A DNA stretch of 63,599 bases, counting the filler, from Hyphochytrium catenoides (Eukaryota > Protista > Hyphochytriomycota): the NCBI GenBank assembly GCA_900088475.1. It is 9 parts of 9 records of this genome, joined end to end, with 100 filler letters (N's around TTAATTAATTAA, not from the genome) between each part and the next. Parts side by side here need not be neighbours in the genome. Positions count along the whole stretch, not along the records: positions 22,587 to 32,925 come from FLMG01003021.1; positions 33,026 to 35,490 come from FLMG01002920.1; positions 35,591 to 37,020 come from FLMG01001990.1; 6 more parts are not named here. The stretch is one strand, 5' to 3'. Of this stretch, positions 22,587 through 35,970 are shown in pieces. The notes beneath the pieces are model-generated. The model did not search any database and was not told the DNA's origin. It was given only the letters and a program-made list of their open reading frames with translations. Positions within the stretch are counted from its first letter, which is position 1; the number at the start of each line of letters is the position of its first letter. The position numbers were made by a program, and so were the translations under genes.

Positions 22587-25500
22587 TCCAAAGGTGGAAT
22601 CGCCATGCCAGAGGCCAGAAAATATAGGGTAAGGGAGCAACATGCCGGAAGAGACTTATAGAGAAGAGAGAGAGAGAGTAACTGAAGGATACTATTAGAT
22701 GTATCCCATTACCAGTGGGCATCGGCATTCAATGCGTGGGGATAAAGAACACGAATAGATCCTCGACCGGACATCGATGGAAAGCGATCAGCGCCGTACA
22801 GAAGGGAAGCAAGACTGAACGTGATTACAATAGAATTAGATGTCTACGGCCCGCAGGTCCATAACGCGATCTGTCCACACATATCTGACCTTGACATCCT
22901 TAGGATAAAAAGGCAAATCTATTTCGCAGAGCTACTCAGAGTGAGATAGAACTGGGAGCAGCGGATCATCCAGATCACCAGTTCGCGCTCGTCGTCTCGA
23001 CTTCCGCTGGACGAATAGTAATCCACATCATAAGGGAGCTTGTTGAGGATTATATGACCAATGGAGAGGATAGAGACGAGAGTGGAACCGGAGAAAACAA
23101 GTGGGCAAAAAAGGGAGCAAGCATTGAACCAGAGCTTCTTGCCCTCAAGGAGACAAAAGTTAGAAGAGGCATATCTGCCTCTATTGTTGAGCACACTGAG
23201 AATAGGAGAGGTCGCAGGGGAAGTTATCGAGCCGAGCCTAGGCCGGCTAGCTCCCTACACGCAGTTTTCCTGCTCTCTTTTGATATCCTTCAGCAGCTAT
23301 TGGGCAGGGGCTCTCAGCCTGAGGTCAAAGCCGAAGCCTTTAGGCTCCTTCAGCTGTGGATTAAGAATTATGGGAAGCTCATGTTGGCAGATAAGGTCTG
23401 TAGTCTTTTACCCTTTCCACTGCGCTCCGTGGATCTCTCTCCCTGCCCAAGATCTCCTCTGCCTATTCTTTTATCCGTCGACTATCTCTGTGGTTCTCAC
23501 ATCAAGTCCCTTCATCTTACCTCTGCGGACAGTGGCTGGGGCGTGATCTAGATTATTTGCTCTTTATGCTTACTAATTTGTACTTACAAAGGCTCCGTCT
23601 TCGAGTTCAATCCGCCTGCCTAAAATGGGCTCACGATTGACTTGTGTGTGCTATTCCTCCTACAGAGAAACGCTCTACTATCAAACCACTGGTGCCACAT
23701 TATTGTGGGCAACTGCAATGCCAAGACACAGTCCGTGCGGTCGGCAGCCGCAGGTTCACTCTCATTGCTACTTGCGACCGATTTCCTTGAGGTGAGTAAG
23801 TGAGCGACGATAACCCTTGAAGGACGTAACGGGACAGAATGAGTCCAAGCTGCGGGACCTCATTTATGCTGGCGGCAGTAGCTTTTAACCTCAGATTTGG
23901 ATGTCACCCAGAATGGTTGCACTGCACGCACTCTAAGCCCCTGTATGGAGGAGCTGCTTTCCTGTTTGAGGGTCGAAGAAAGTATACGGGAATTCTCGGG
24001 GCCACATAACCTGGAAGGGGTATTCAAGAGCTTGGAAGAGGTGGAGAGGTTTGCGAAAGCTGTGAAGGATAAGAAGGTGAGGAGGCGGAGGCTGGTATAA
24101 AGTGGAATACGCCAACCATTGCTTTTTCATCCAAGTGCCTCAGATCGGCCCACAACTCCGTTTCTTACTAAGTAGAGAGTCTATTTTGCCTTGTCATCTC
24201 ACAATTACGCTTGCGCACTTTGGCTATCTTTCTGTAGGTCTCTCAGCTTTGTCTTGGCAGAGAATCCATCTACTCTTTGCCATCAGGCATTCTCTCAGCG
24301 TGCGACAAATTAAAGGGTAAAGTAGATCGATTGTTTCTATATTGTGTGGAGAATGTAGTGGATAGTGTAGATATTTGCCATCCACCAGGCAAAATGCTCA
24401 ACGAGAGACTAGAGTGGGCAGAAGTAGACCTGAGGGTTGTTCCTGCGCCTTCCAGACAGTAGCTGCATAGCATGACACTTTGGAAATAGAAGATTTCCAG
24501 TTCTAAGCGGGGTTGTCATCTTCCTTTTGCTGTGCAGGAGTTGCAGAGTGCTGGGAACTCAGCAGAAGCTTCCTTCAAGGTCTAAACTTGAAGCTGGACT
24601 GTCGCATGGTAGGTAAAGCAATCAATAAGGTCATTATGCAAGTAGAGGGGACCGTGGAAAAGAGATGTGCGCCCTTCTATGGAGTTCTGTCCGCACGCTA
24701 CGAGGCAGGTCGGAGGAAACCACTGAAGTGGCGAGCACGAAGTCACGAGTTAGCCAAATAGAGAAAGGGACTGGGATGTAGCTCGTTACTGCTAACATCA
24801 TCCTGCGCTTATCGTTCTTTCCAAATGCCATCCAGATTGAACTGAGGATCGCCGAAATTCTGTCTAAGACATCCCCAATTCAGCTACCCCGGCTTTGCTT
24901 GGAGTTAGTAGGCTTGTTGCAAACGATCCTCAAGAAGACTAAGGGCGACGCTGAGCTTGGAGCCTGCCTTCTTTACGAAGTAGAACTCCTCAGACAGTTA
25001 CGGGCCACACTACTTTCCCCTACTTCTGCCCTCTCCTCTGGAGCTCCCTCCTCTCCAACAGCTCGCCGGTTCCAAAGTCCCATGCTCACTCCAAAGCTTT
25101 CACGGGGCCCTTCGATAGCTCGGACAATTGGCAGCCCCCTCGACGGAGAATCTGGAGGGATTTTAACTCCTGGCCAAAGGAAAGAGGACTTGCAAAATCA
25201 TCAGAGAACACAGAGTGAGGTGGGGATAGGGGGAAAGCCGGGAGAGGCAGATCAAATTGAGGACTTGCTGGTGATGACAGGAAAGCAGTCTCCTATGCCG
25301 CTCTTCGCTTCCTCAGAGAGCATTGACCAGTACATTCTGAAGAGGTAAAAGTAGCATGTGATGTCGCAAGAATCTATCTGGGTGACCAATCCAAGCTGCA
25401 TAGACAAGAAGAGGGAGTTACTGTAGGCTTTAGATGGCAGGAATAGCGAAACCTTATCAAAAAGGCAGAGGGCGGTAGGAGTATGCAATTCGCAAAAGTG

Positions 25501-27939
25501 CTGAACTATGAAGAAGGAAACTTCAGGGTTAAAGAATCTAACAATTTTCTCGGCTTCCTGTCCTTTTGTGGTTTAGGCTGCAAGAGGCCGCACGATACTT
25601 CCACAGCTGCGGGTTACTGGAGAAGGAGATCGAGGTTTGGAGGCAGATCCTCTCCATCCAAGAGGTCAACTGCGACTATGAGAAGGTAGACGGAAGCCTT
25701 GCGGAATATCACGCCGCGGTTAAGAGCCTGAATGAAGTGAACAAAAAGGTATGGGTGTTGTTCACTCCTTGTCAAGGGTTTCCTGTATGTAGCTTCTAAC
25801 GAGGTCAGGGACTGTCATACCAGTTGTTCTGTGTCACTTACCCATTTGTATCAGCTTCTAAGCTAGCTAATCTACTTACATATCCTCTTTAGAAGTTGCA
25901 GCTGTCATGACTCTCACATAAATCATTCTTAAGACCCCTCAGCGGTACAAAATTTTAGGTGAAAACTTCTTTCGCGTGGGGTACTACGGAGCACCATATC
26001 TTGGTTCGCTGCATGGCTGTCAATTTGTCTTCAAGGAGGGGACATTGGAGCCTGCCAAGCTTGGAGATGTGCGAGAGAGGCACATCGAAGCAGTGAAAAA
26101 GATGATCCCTGAGGGGATACAGGTAAGGTCATGAGTAGGGTAAGGGGAAAGTGGGGTGATTTGTGACTCTGCAATATCTCCACAAATGCTACACGGGCCA
26201 TTCACTAGCCCACTATAGTAGCCTCCTTTAGCGAAAACGAATGGGGACTCCAATCGCAGATCTTTTCGCAAGAAGGGAAGGAACGAGGACATCATCAAAA
26301 TCTGAGAGACATCACTTAGCCTCGAAAGAGAATATACCGAATAGGTGGTGATGAAAGTCATAGTGATCTGGGCTTGTTGAGTTGGGCGGGAGGGCGAGGG
26401 CAGCACTCTTCAAATGCTTCCGGTTCTAAATTTACTTCTTACAATGCCGCTCCTTGTCGCTAATGCTCCAGGTGGAAGTTATGAAGGATTCTCGAGCCGT
26501 CGATATGGAGTCACTTGATTCCTCAAAGTGTTACCTCCAGATCACGTCTCTCACAGCTTACTCGCATGCCCCTGGTATCACCAAACATAGGCGATTAGCA
26601 GAGCTGGCGAAAGGTGTAAAGACGTTCAAGTTTGAAACGCCATTCAATCTTACAGGTAAACGCCACAGCCATACTCTTGTTCTGCCCCTTTCTTCGCCAT
26701 GAAAGGGCCTGGAGGTACATTACCTCCTATTGTCTCGATCCCATGGCCTTACGCTGTTTGAATGCGCACGGTGTTGTGAGGGCTTCGCACAGAAGCCACC
26801 CTCGTCGTCCACTTCGACTGATTGACAAGAGACGTTAGGCTTTGGGGGACATTCATATTTAACATAACCTTCTCTAGGATCGTCTCATGGCAATATGAGT
26901 GGACAGTTTAAACGCCGAACTGTGCTAGAGGTGGCTTATCCTTTCCCCCATTGGAGCTCAGTGCAGAGAGTAATTGGTCTTACCGAGACCTTACTAAACC
27001 CTATCGAAAGCGCGACGGAAGACATACTAAACAAGGCTGAAGAGATACAGGATGTCATAGCTAGGGTGGATCAAGACCTCCGTCCCCTGATGCAGGTAGT
27101 TAGCCAATAAACTGAGTTATTTGTGCTGTTCCCTCCGAGGTACCTTTGTTTTGGACTCTTTCTTTCTTTTAACGAACGCGGCAATCAATCGATATACCTA
27201 GCCTGGGGCCGGTACTCCCTTGGATACACTCGTTGAGACGCTCTGCTTTTGTTTGCATCACCTAATCCCTATGCGGTCTTTCTGACCTGAAGTTTACACC
27301 AGCTCCCAAAGTACATTTATTTATCCTCTGGAGTACTAATTTGGCTTTTTTATCAGGTGCTTCAAGGCTGTATCATAGGGGCGGTGAATGGGGGCATTGT
27401 CCCGGTGGCCATGACTTTTCTGGAAAATGAAGAGAGTGTATCTCTTCCTGGGCCTGACGGTAGTTCTCTTCCAACGGATTTAGCCAAGACTCACCGACTT
27501 GCCCTCAAGATGGCCTTAATCAAGTAAGCATATCTTACAGGATTTTAATATCTTGGCTCTCCAGCGTGACTCATGGCGTGGATGGAACCTTCTCAGGGTA
27601 CTTCAAGAGTGTCACAGGGGTCTTTCTGTGTGCAGAGCACGTCTTCTTCCACGGGCACAGCACAAGAAAACAAAGTCCAGCTCGGCCATAGTTGGAGAGA
27701 AAGGCGATGCTATAAATGCTGCCCCACCCACAAGCGCCTCTACCAGTGGTGCTGTCGACAACGAGGAATGGCAAAGGGAACTGGACCGACAGTATGATGC
27801 CCTAGTGGAGACGATCAGCAAGTATCTGGTCGGGTTGGAAAGTAGTAGACATCTGCAGCTTTCTGGTGGGGACCCACCTAGATCTCTGGCAGGGCAGATT
27901 ATGCTTGGGGAAAAGGAAGCCAGATCTATGTCTAGCTAA
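22587..27939 (+). CDS. DOCK: DOCK-family Rho GEF with DHR-2 domain, multi-exon, 5' truncated by contig end
   Basis: Exons encode FRVGYYG...QFVFKE, YLQITSL, FKFETPF, QFKRRTVL..YPFP, LNPIESATEDI, VLQGCIIGAVNGG (nucleotide-sensor Val) and EWQRELDRQY. Stop TAA at 27937-27939. Confidence 0.9.
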
Positions 27940-28191
27940 CCCTCACTGAATATCAGCTATATGTATAATGTCATGTCTTGCAGTTCTGAAAGGAACCATC
28001 CTCCGATGGTAGTCCATGATACTCCTAGTTACCAGCTGTGAAGGTGAATCATTACAGGAACCTTACTACATCCGCCACGAATAGGCGGCGCTAGTTTACT
28101 TCCAAAGGGAGAAGATCGAAGCCCCAAGATAAGCAAGGGACTGGTCCCATAGATCTATAGTACCATGGTAGGCCGGGAAAGCTACCAAGAG

Positions 28192-29630
28192 TTAGAGACC
28201 TCTAGCTGTAAGCAACCGCACCGTCTGCTCATGGACTTCATTTTGCAAGGTCTCGTAAATCTGCTTGGCACCCCTCATCGCCGCTTGCATGACATCCTGC
28301 ATAAATAAAGGGGTGTAGACACGGGTAGTCAGTGGGTGAGAGAAAAGCTCTGGTACGATATAAAGCAGTTCAAGACCACACGGCACACAGTCATGCTTAA
28401 AGCCTTGGTGTCGTAATAAAGACGGCGCGATTGGAAGCACGACAAGGAGGGCGTGATAGGGGCAATGAGACTCCATATACAGCCACCAACCTCAAACTCT
28501 GTGAGGGCAAGCTTCGACTCCATTAACGTCAGACTAAGCTTTTCTGATTTGGGTAGCATGGCGACACATATTTGGGGGCTGTTTGATGACTCTTCTGTGT
28601 AGTTAAGGTCTTCACTCATAAGGAGAGAGAGTGAAAAAACGAGGTGCCGACAAGGGACAGGCGAAGCAGGGACAGAGGTATCTTCTTTAGATGACAGACT
28701 TGCTATCAACAGAAAGATGACAAGTCACCTGTTACGGGAACGCCGTCGATATACCCAGCCGTACAGCTGACAACGAAGTCCTTCATCGCAATGCCTGCGT
28801 CCATTAGAGCAAGGGTCGCCGCGTTGATGCATGCACTAAGCTGACCTACGGCAGGGAATAAAGCCAATGACTCCTCAATGTTTTGCCAGCTCTACTGCGG
28901 TCAACGTCCATTTATAACACTTCTCGCCTAACTTCACAACTGGGGCGACCACTTTTCCTTCTGGAGGCCAGATATCCTCTCACAACGGTGCTTACCTCCA
29001 TCGGCTTGAATAACCTGGACGAATATATCAATCTGTGTCCGCGGGAACAAATGGGTCATAATAGCTCCTTCAAACACCTGCTTTAACAGCGCTGCAATTT
29101 CAATGCCTTTCCTAAGAGAAGCTGGCGAAATGAGCTCAACCCATGATTCCTAACTTTGGCTACGAACTCACCTATCGCCGGCCCTATGTGGCTTCCTATC
29201 GCTAGTGCTAAATGGAGCTTGACTAAAGTAGCAAGTCAGGTTCAGAGATTTGCTCCCCGGTTCAGTATGGACCTCACCTATACTCGCAGTTGATAAGGGC
29301 ACGGTCATGAAGCGCCTTGCTCTTGTTTGACAACTATTGGACGACTTAGCGGTAGCCGGTGGCAATGTAAATACAGAGTTGAGCCAAGTGTTTACCTCTT
29401 TGGGTCCATATACTACAGCGAGGACCTTTGTGTTTCCCATCTCAATATATACAGACCCATCCACTCTGGTGAAAAGCCCAAATCTGCATCTAAGGCGTCG
29501 AACCTCATGGGGTCGGCGCCCATCAGTGCGCAGGCCAGTGATTGAGATGTATTCAATTTTGGATGCCTAGGCAGAAGCTACTCAATTCTTGGTGTCACAG
29601 GTTGGTGGAAGTAAATGAATCTCTGACCAT
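28192..29630 (-). CDS. RRP41: Exosome complex RNase PH subunit Rrp41
   Basis: ATG|intron then ASKIEYISITGLRTDGRRPHEVRRL...DGSVYIEMGNTKVLAVVYGPKE, APFSTSDRK, QIDIFVQVIQADGG, INAATLALMDAGIAMKDFVVSCTAG; ends ...LLTARGL*. Confidence 0.95.
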
Positions 29631-30413
29631 GATATCGTCCTGGTCCAATGGAGCCAGAGGGCGCTAGCGCGGAAGTGTCTTCAGGTCTAAACTGACGCAG
29701 CCGTTTGTACAAAACTCTGCCCGCTTTGAGAAGACGGGTCCGCTGAGCTTCTAAGGGTGTGCTGTTCCTGACTTGCTGCTTTACACTCGTCCCACAGACC
29801 GCGGTTGCGTGGTTCCGTGCCTGGCAGAATGAGTGCTAAGATGCTAGCCTCATCATCTGATCATCATTCTAGAGATTGACTGCATGACGGAGAAGCAGGA
29901 TGATGAAAACAGACCAAAACCTCCAATCCACCAATATCACTTCCTAACTGATCCATTGACTAGTTATCAAACGAGCCAGTTCTTATCTCTTAATACCGTA
30001 GACCTGGAGGAGGCCTGGAACCCCAGCTCCAAATTGGATATTACTACTGACCTCTTCTTGACCTAAGCCCTTGGGAAAATAGGGCCTATTATTACTGGGG
30101 TGGTGATCTGTGTGAGTCTATGGGGAATTGGGGGACTGGCGCACAAAGCGGAGAGTCTTCAATGATGAGAAGCAGAGGGAGGAGGGTCTGTTTGTTGATT
30201 GCGGATGAGGAGTGAAGCTCTGACGCTATGTCATTGAGCTCAGAAGCTTTTGCTGAAGCTCACATCTGTACCAAAGAAGTTCTTGACAGACGAAGCTCTA
30301 AGCCAGGGACAGGGTCATAGGAATCAGCCGGTTGATAAGCTTTTTGCACATTCAAGCTACACTTTCGTTCGTAACGCTGTAGTGGGAGCTGAGGAACGGG
30401 TTTTCTCGGCATT

Positions 30414-31099
30414 ATGGTAAGTTATAGTCGGACGAGCCCGTGAAGTGCACGCTAACCATAAACTCCATTTTGAGGCTCTTGTGAGAAGTGCGTCTCGTCG
30501 TCTACATCCGGCAATCTCCTCAAGGACCCCAGTTCTTGCTTCTCTGCTGGACGGGCGATTTGCTCCTCTACAGTCCAAAAGCAGGCACTTTCACTTGTCC
30601 TCGCAGCAAGACAGTGCGGTGATCCTTGGCGGCCTCACAGTGGCTGCGGGGGCACTGGGTCTACGATACGGCGTAGAGGTAATGTATGGGGACTAAACGT
30701 TATCCGGCTGTCATAGGTCATGACATGAATTTTGCTACAGGCATATCAAGCATACAAGAACAGGCCAAAGGAAGGCGAACAAACTCCAGAAGGTGAGGCA
30801 CCCAAAGTGAGTGCCTGGGCGAAGAACTTTTATGATGGACCATTTGAGGATAAGATGTCTCGTAGAGAAGCTGCGCTCATTTTAGGGGTCAGGTAAGCAG
30901 AGCCACGATCACTCCATTCATCCAGGAAGTGTTCTTAATGCACTTCTGCTTTGACAGAGAGAGTGCCTCAAAAGAGAGAATTAGAGCGGCTCACCGACGC
31001 CTAGTCATCTTAAACCATCCCGATACAGGAGGCTCAACTTATCTGTCCACAAAGATCAATGAGGCCAAAGACAAGCTTCTTGGTGGCTCTGATAGGTGA
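30414..31099 (+). CDS. PAM18: Mitochondrial import motor J-protein Pam18/Tim14
   Basis: Presequence-like [51 protein letters not shown], and J-domain [27 protein letters not shown]. Three short introns. Confidence 0.93.
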
Positions 31100-31240
31100 T
31101 GGATAACGGCGATGTACAGCATATCTTCTCCCACTATCCTCGGGGCTTGTGAGCTATAAGCTGATCAGGACTGAGTAAGGAGGATATGCTTTCTATTTAA
31201 CAGTGTCGAAAGGAATAATTATTGGGCAGATCCATGGCTG

Positions 31241-32766
31241 CTATAACACAATCTTGATCGAGGTCTTCGTCACGTTCACTCTGGGACTAGCTATCACCGT
31301 TACCTGAACGTATTTCTGATTAGGACATGTTCCGCAAAGCGCTATACCACTTCATTCCTCTTCTTACCTCTACATTCTCGTGCTTGGTGCTTCTTCCTAG
31401 CTCTACATTTGCAGTCTTAGCCGATACGCTGTTCTCACATCCAGTGCATCTGCACCGGTCTGAACAGGCAATGCCGGCTTGATAACACTCGCAGTACTTC
31501 TTGATGCAACCAGACTTCACACAACGACAGCCATTTCTGTGTGTTTTCAGTATGGCGTCGCCCTGTTAAAAGAGCGTTATTACATTGCTAGGAAACGCAG
31601 CAGCCAGGAGATGGAATCGCCACGAAGACGATTACTAGAGGGAAAGACAAGTACCTGCGGAAGCAGAGGAATGAAGTAGGCTTTAACTTCTTCCACCGTG
31701 GATGCGAAGGCGTAAGGATTTCTTTGAAGATGATCTATGATGGCATTAAGCCGCAACTCCGAGCTCTTCGTGTTGTTGCAGCCTGAACAGCCACAGGATT
31801 CGTTGCAAATGGCAGAGGACGCGAAGCAACGACAGTATCTGGGTTGAACAAAGCGTGAATATGAGATCGGTTCCTGCTTTCGGGAGGAGCATCTACTTAC
31901 AGTTTCAAACAGCCAGACTTGCACTTGCAGGAAGAGGTTGAGATTGCCTCCTTCTCAAAAATCTTTTTGGCCTCCTTGATTGGCTCAAAATTTTTAGGAG
32001 GGGAAGTCTTCGTCAAGCTAGTTGGTAAGGTCATAGGTAGAGTCTTTGCTCTCGTGAGCGGAGTCATGACGCGAGAAGACAAAGGTACTGCAGGTAGATT
32101 GTTGGACTCCGGCGTAGTCTCCACATTTAGGCTTAGTTGCCTCTTAATCTCGCCAAAGGAAACTCTTTGCTCCGGCGACTTGTAGGCCCTTGAATCTTCT
32201 CGATGGTGCAACGGTCTATTTGGGCCAGACATGGAACGATATCGGTTAGCTGGTGGCCAGGTTGTGAGAACAGACTTGGCGTTGGGATCGTCGCTCGGCG
32301 AGTCAAAGAACTTCCGCTTCATGGCCTTTGCCTCACTGGACGGGACTATGGTCTTCAGGACAGATCCAGCTTTGGATCTTTCTAAAAGTGCTAACATCAT
32401 AGCAAGCCAAGCTCTATTTTCTGACTTCGGGGTGCTAATCTCTGGTCCGGGGGATTTGACGCCATCTTTTGTTCTATTATCAATGCAACGCAATGGTAAG
32501 ATGAGTTGAAGTTACCAGGAGAAGGTGATTGTGCGTGGTTACCTTTTCCGAATAGGAGTGCGGAGACCCTCTTGGGTTGACCCTAGGGGGCTCGCCTCTA
32601 ATTCGGGCTGGGGCTCTTCAACTGGAGCAAAGTTTTCTTTCAAGTCGTCGGTAACATCGCACTCTCTAAGGCTTTTATCTAGCTGATCCATTATGCCTGA
32701 TACGTCCGATAGATAACTTGCTCCCGCAAGCGCTCGGTCGTCCATTCCGTTAGCCATATGCGGCAT
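31241..32766 (-). CDS. CRC (tesmin/TSO1/LIN54-like CXC) domain protein
   Basis: Two CXC repeats: CKCKSGCLKL|YCRCFASSAICNESCGCSGCNN and GCRCVKSGCIKKYCECYQAGIACSDRCRCTGCEN, linked by RNPYAF. Start codon uncertain. Confidence 0.9.
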
Positions 32767-33265
32767 TCAATACCAGCTTCTGGGGGCCGACGACGGGGCT
32801 GGCACGTCGGAGTTATCTAGCCAGAAATTGTACCACTCTCAACGGAAGGCCGGCTCTTCAGAACGATGCACACTTCCTTGAATTCAGTTAACCACTGACA
32901 CAGCCCGATGAGAGTTGCGAATGCGNNNNNNNNNNNNNNNNNNNNNNNNNNNNNNNNNNNNNNNNNNNNTTAATTAATTAANNNNNNNNNNNNNNNNNNN
33001 NNNNNNNNNNNNNNNNNNNNNNNNNGAGAGAGAGAGAGAGAGACGGGGACTGTCGGCGTCAATATGACTGAGATAGGGAGCAAGAAATACGGGAGTGGGC
33101 AACAGATCCAGCGAGGCAAGGGTCGAAAGGTGAAGCCACGAATCGAGCCTAAGAATGACAGGAAACGACAGCTCGAGAAGAGGGTGAGGGAAAGAAAGAG
33201 AATAGAGAAAGGCCGAGAAGGAGAAGAAGCGAGAGGGGAAAGGAGGATGAGAGACACACAAACAT

Positions 33266-33311
<46 letters not shown>

Positions 33312-33384
33312 AGAGAAAGAGAGAGAGGGGGAAAGCCAGAAGGATAGCTGAGGATGAAAGGCACGAAGGGAGGAGCTAACGCAC

Positions 33385-35490
33385 ATGGTTTCTCTTCAAC
33401 CACTCATCAATGCAGTCGGCGTGGAAGTGGTGCGCACAGGGCAAAACCCTCAGACTGTCCGAGCTCTCATAGTCCACCTTTGAAGGGTCACAAAGCCAAA
33501 GGACGTCAAGAGTGAATATGAGACATGAAANNNNNNNNNNNNNNNGAGAGAGAGAGAGAGAGAGAGAGGAAGAGAAAGAGGTACACCGCGGCCACCAAAT
33601 TTTTTTTCTCCTTGCTCTTTGCATTGAGGTTCGTTTCTAATTATTCTTCTGTTCTACATCTCTTCTCGTCTCCTCTTAAAGGTGTCAGCTAGCTTCCGCG
33701 GACTTACCAGGCAGATCGCACATATGTCCTTTTGTCCGTTCTGGCCCGACAGTTCGGTGGCCTGGTGGATGTCGTAACAATAAAGAAAAATGTCAGACAA
33801 AGCGGGACCGGGTAGGAGCTTTGAAAGGTAGGCACAAAGAGATAGGCAAAAGGAGAGAACGAAAGGAGCGAGCCAACAAAAGGAGGAGCAGGCAGAGATA
33901 CCAACGACTGGAGAGGATAGAGAGCATCCAAGGAAGAGTGAGCTACACAGGTGGTGTCTAGGGTAGAGGTAAAGCATGCCTTACCTCGGTCTTTCTAATA
34001 ATGCTGATCTCCGCTTCTGACAACCCTGGCGCTTCCGGCTGCTGCTGTGGTCGCTGATGCTGGCGCGAAAGCACAACGATTTGCTGTGGGCCAGAGACGT
34101 AGAGAGAGAAAGAGGAAAGCAGATGAGATAAAGTAATTTCTCTCCGTGGCGTGTAAAAGAAGAGAAGAGAGATAGAACTGGTCAGTAAGCGAAGAAACAT
34201 AGAAATGGAGGCCACCTAGCAAAGGTCGACGAATGAAGTGAGATTTTAAGGAAAGTAAACAAGACCCAAACCATCGTAACAACAAGCCTAGAGAGAAATT
34301 TCGTGTATGTGGTGTGTGTGACGGAGAGAGGAAGAAAGTGCGCGCGCGAGAGAGAGAGAGGGAGAGAAAGGGTCGACATACCTGCCGCATCAGGGTTCGT
34401 CTGAAGGACGCCAGGAGGAGGAAGAAGCTCATCACAATGAGACAAATGGCGATCAGCATTACGGAAGAAGATCCTCCTCCTCCAGTTTCTGTTTCAGCCT
34501 CCTTGGGTATGTCATCTTCTTCCGCAGAGGTGAGAGCCGCGGTTGAGGTGTCCAGGATGTCAAGAGAGGGAGTTAAGTCCATGAATCGTCCACCAAAGAC
34601 CAGCAGCAGATCCCTGTACATCACTGCGCGATGGTCAAAGCGGACTGTGGGCGGGTTCTGGTAGATAAAGACGTATTGACGGAGAGAGGGCGCCAATGAG
34701 AGAGAGAGAGAGAGTAAGAAAGAGAGCCAGTGATCGTGGAGGAGAGAGGGACAGAGAGAGGAAGATCTGTGAGTGGCAAGGAAAAAAAAAAGAAAAGAGA
34801 TAGAGAAGGGGCAACGAAAACCAACTCAGCAACTTCAGTTCAGAGCAAGCAATATCAGAGTCATATCGGCGGAACGGATACAGGAGAATGGCACAATGAA
34901 GCTAGACCAAGAGTTGAGAGAGGAGGAGACGGCGGTTAGGCCAGTAATTACCTTGATACTATCAAGATCAACCTTCTTCCACACCATCACACCCGCCTCC
35001 TGATGTGACGCATTACTCCTCAGCCCCAACTGCTGGGAGGTGGAGGCGAGAGAGAGAGAAGTGCTATTCTGGGGATTGGGGACTGCCGTAAAAGCATCAT
35101 TGAAGACGAAGCTGCCGGAGACAGTGAGGAGACGTTAGAAGAACAAGGAATGAGAACGGAGAGACAAATGATCGGAGACTCTTAGGTGGGATATAGAGGG
35201 GCCAGGAAGAAGGGCAAACAGACAACATGAAAAACGAGAAAGAGCAGGTAGCAAGCAATCATACAGAGAGCAAGAGAGAGAGAGAGCGGGAAAGAATTGG
35301 ACGTCACGAGGGCAACTCAAGTGGGAGTAAGAACCATCAGAAGATAGCGCTATCACAATGACTAACCCAACATCTTCGCGTCTTCTGTACCCTCCAAACA
35401 TCCAAACTGCACCCTTCTGATCAGCGACCAGGGAGTGGTAGCTGCGAAGAAAGACAGGGCGGAGCTGCTGCTGCTCGTACCACTTGTTGT
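33385..35490 (-). CDS. Kelch-repeat / single TM / RING-H2 E3 ubiquitin ligase, partial at both ends
   Basis: Exons encode [20 protein letters not shown] and [21 protein letters not shown] (Kelch), [22 protein letters not shown] followed by RR, GLSEAEI, and CAICL|[31 protein letters not shown] (RING-H2; final CPxC not found on this contig). Confidence 0.85.
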
Positions 35491-35743
35491 NNNNNNNNNN
35501 NNNNNNNNNNNNNNNNNNNNNNNNNNNNNNNNNNTTAATTAATTAANNNNNNNNNNNNNNNNNNNNNNNNNNNNNNNNNNNNNNNNNNNNTGACGGCAGC
35601 GTGACAGCCAGTGTCTCCCATCTTTGGGCTCGCCTTTGGGGCTCGGAGGAGAAAAGAGAAGAAGCGGAAGAGAGAGGGAGTGGTGACAAGAAAGAGGACA
35701 AGGAAGAGAGAGACGCAAGGACAAAGGACAATGCGACTGCGGA

Positions 35744-35939
35744 TCATCTCGCTGCCCCATCCTCATAGTTATGTGGGTGGAAAGGAGAGAGAGAGACATG
35801 GAGTTCTTTATTTATGAGATCCTTTACACTGTCAGTGAAAGGACAAATTCCTAAATGAGCGGAAGGTGACAGAGCAGGACAGGAGAGAGATGAAGAGAAA
35901 GAGCGATCGAAGTGGATGGGGAGAGAGAGAGAGAGAGAC

Positions 35940-35970
<31 letters not shown>

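Noticed and set aside
29898-30223. Box C/D snoRNA-like ATGATGA...CTGA pairs (~29900-29951, ~30162-30223)
   Set aside because: No convincing rRNA-complementary guide or terminal stem by eye; would need snoscan/Infernal.
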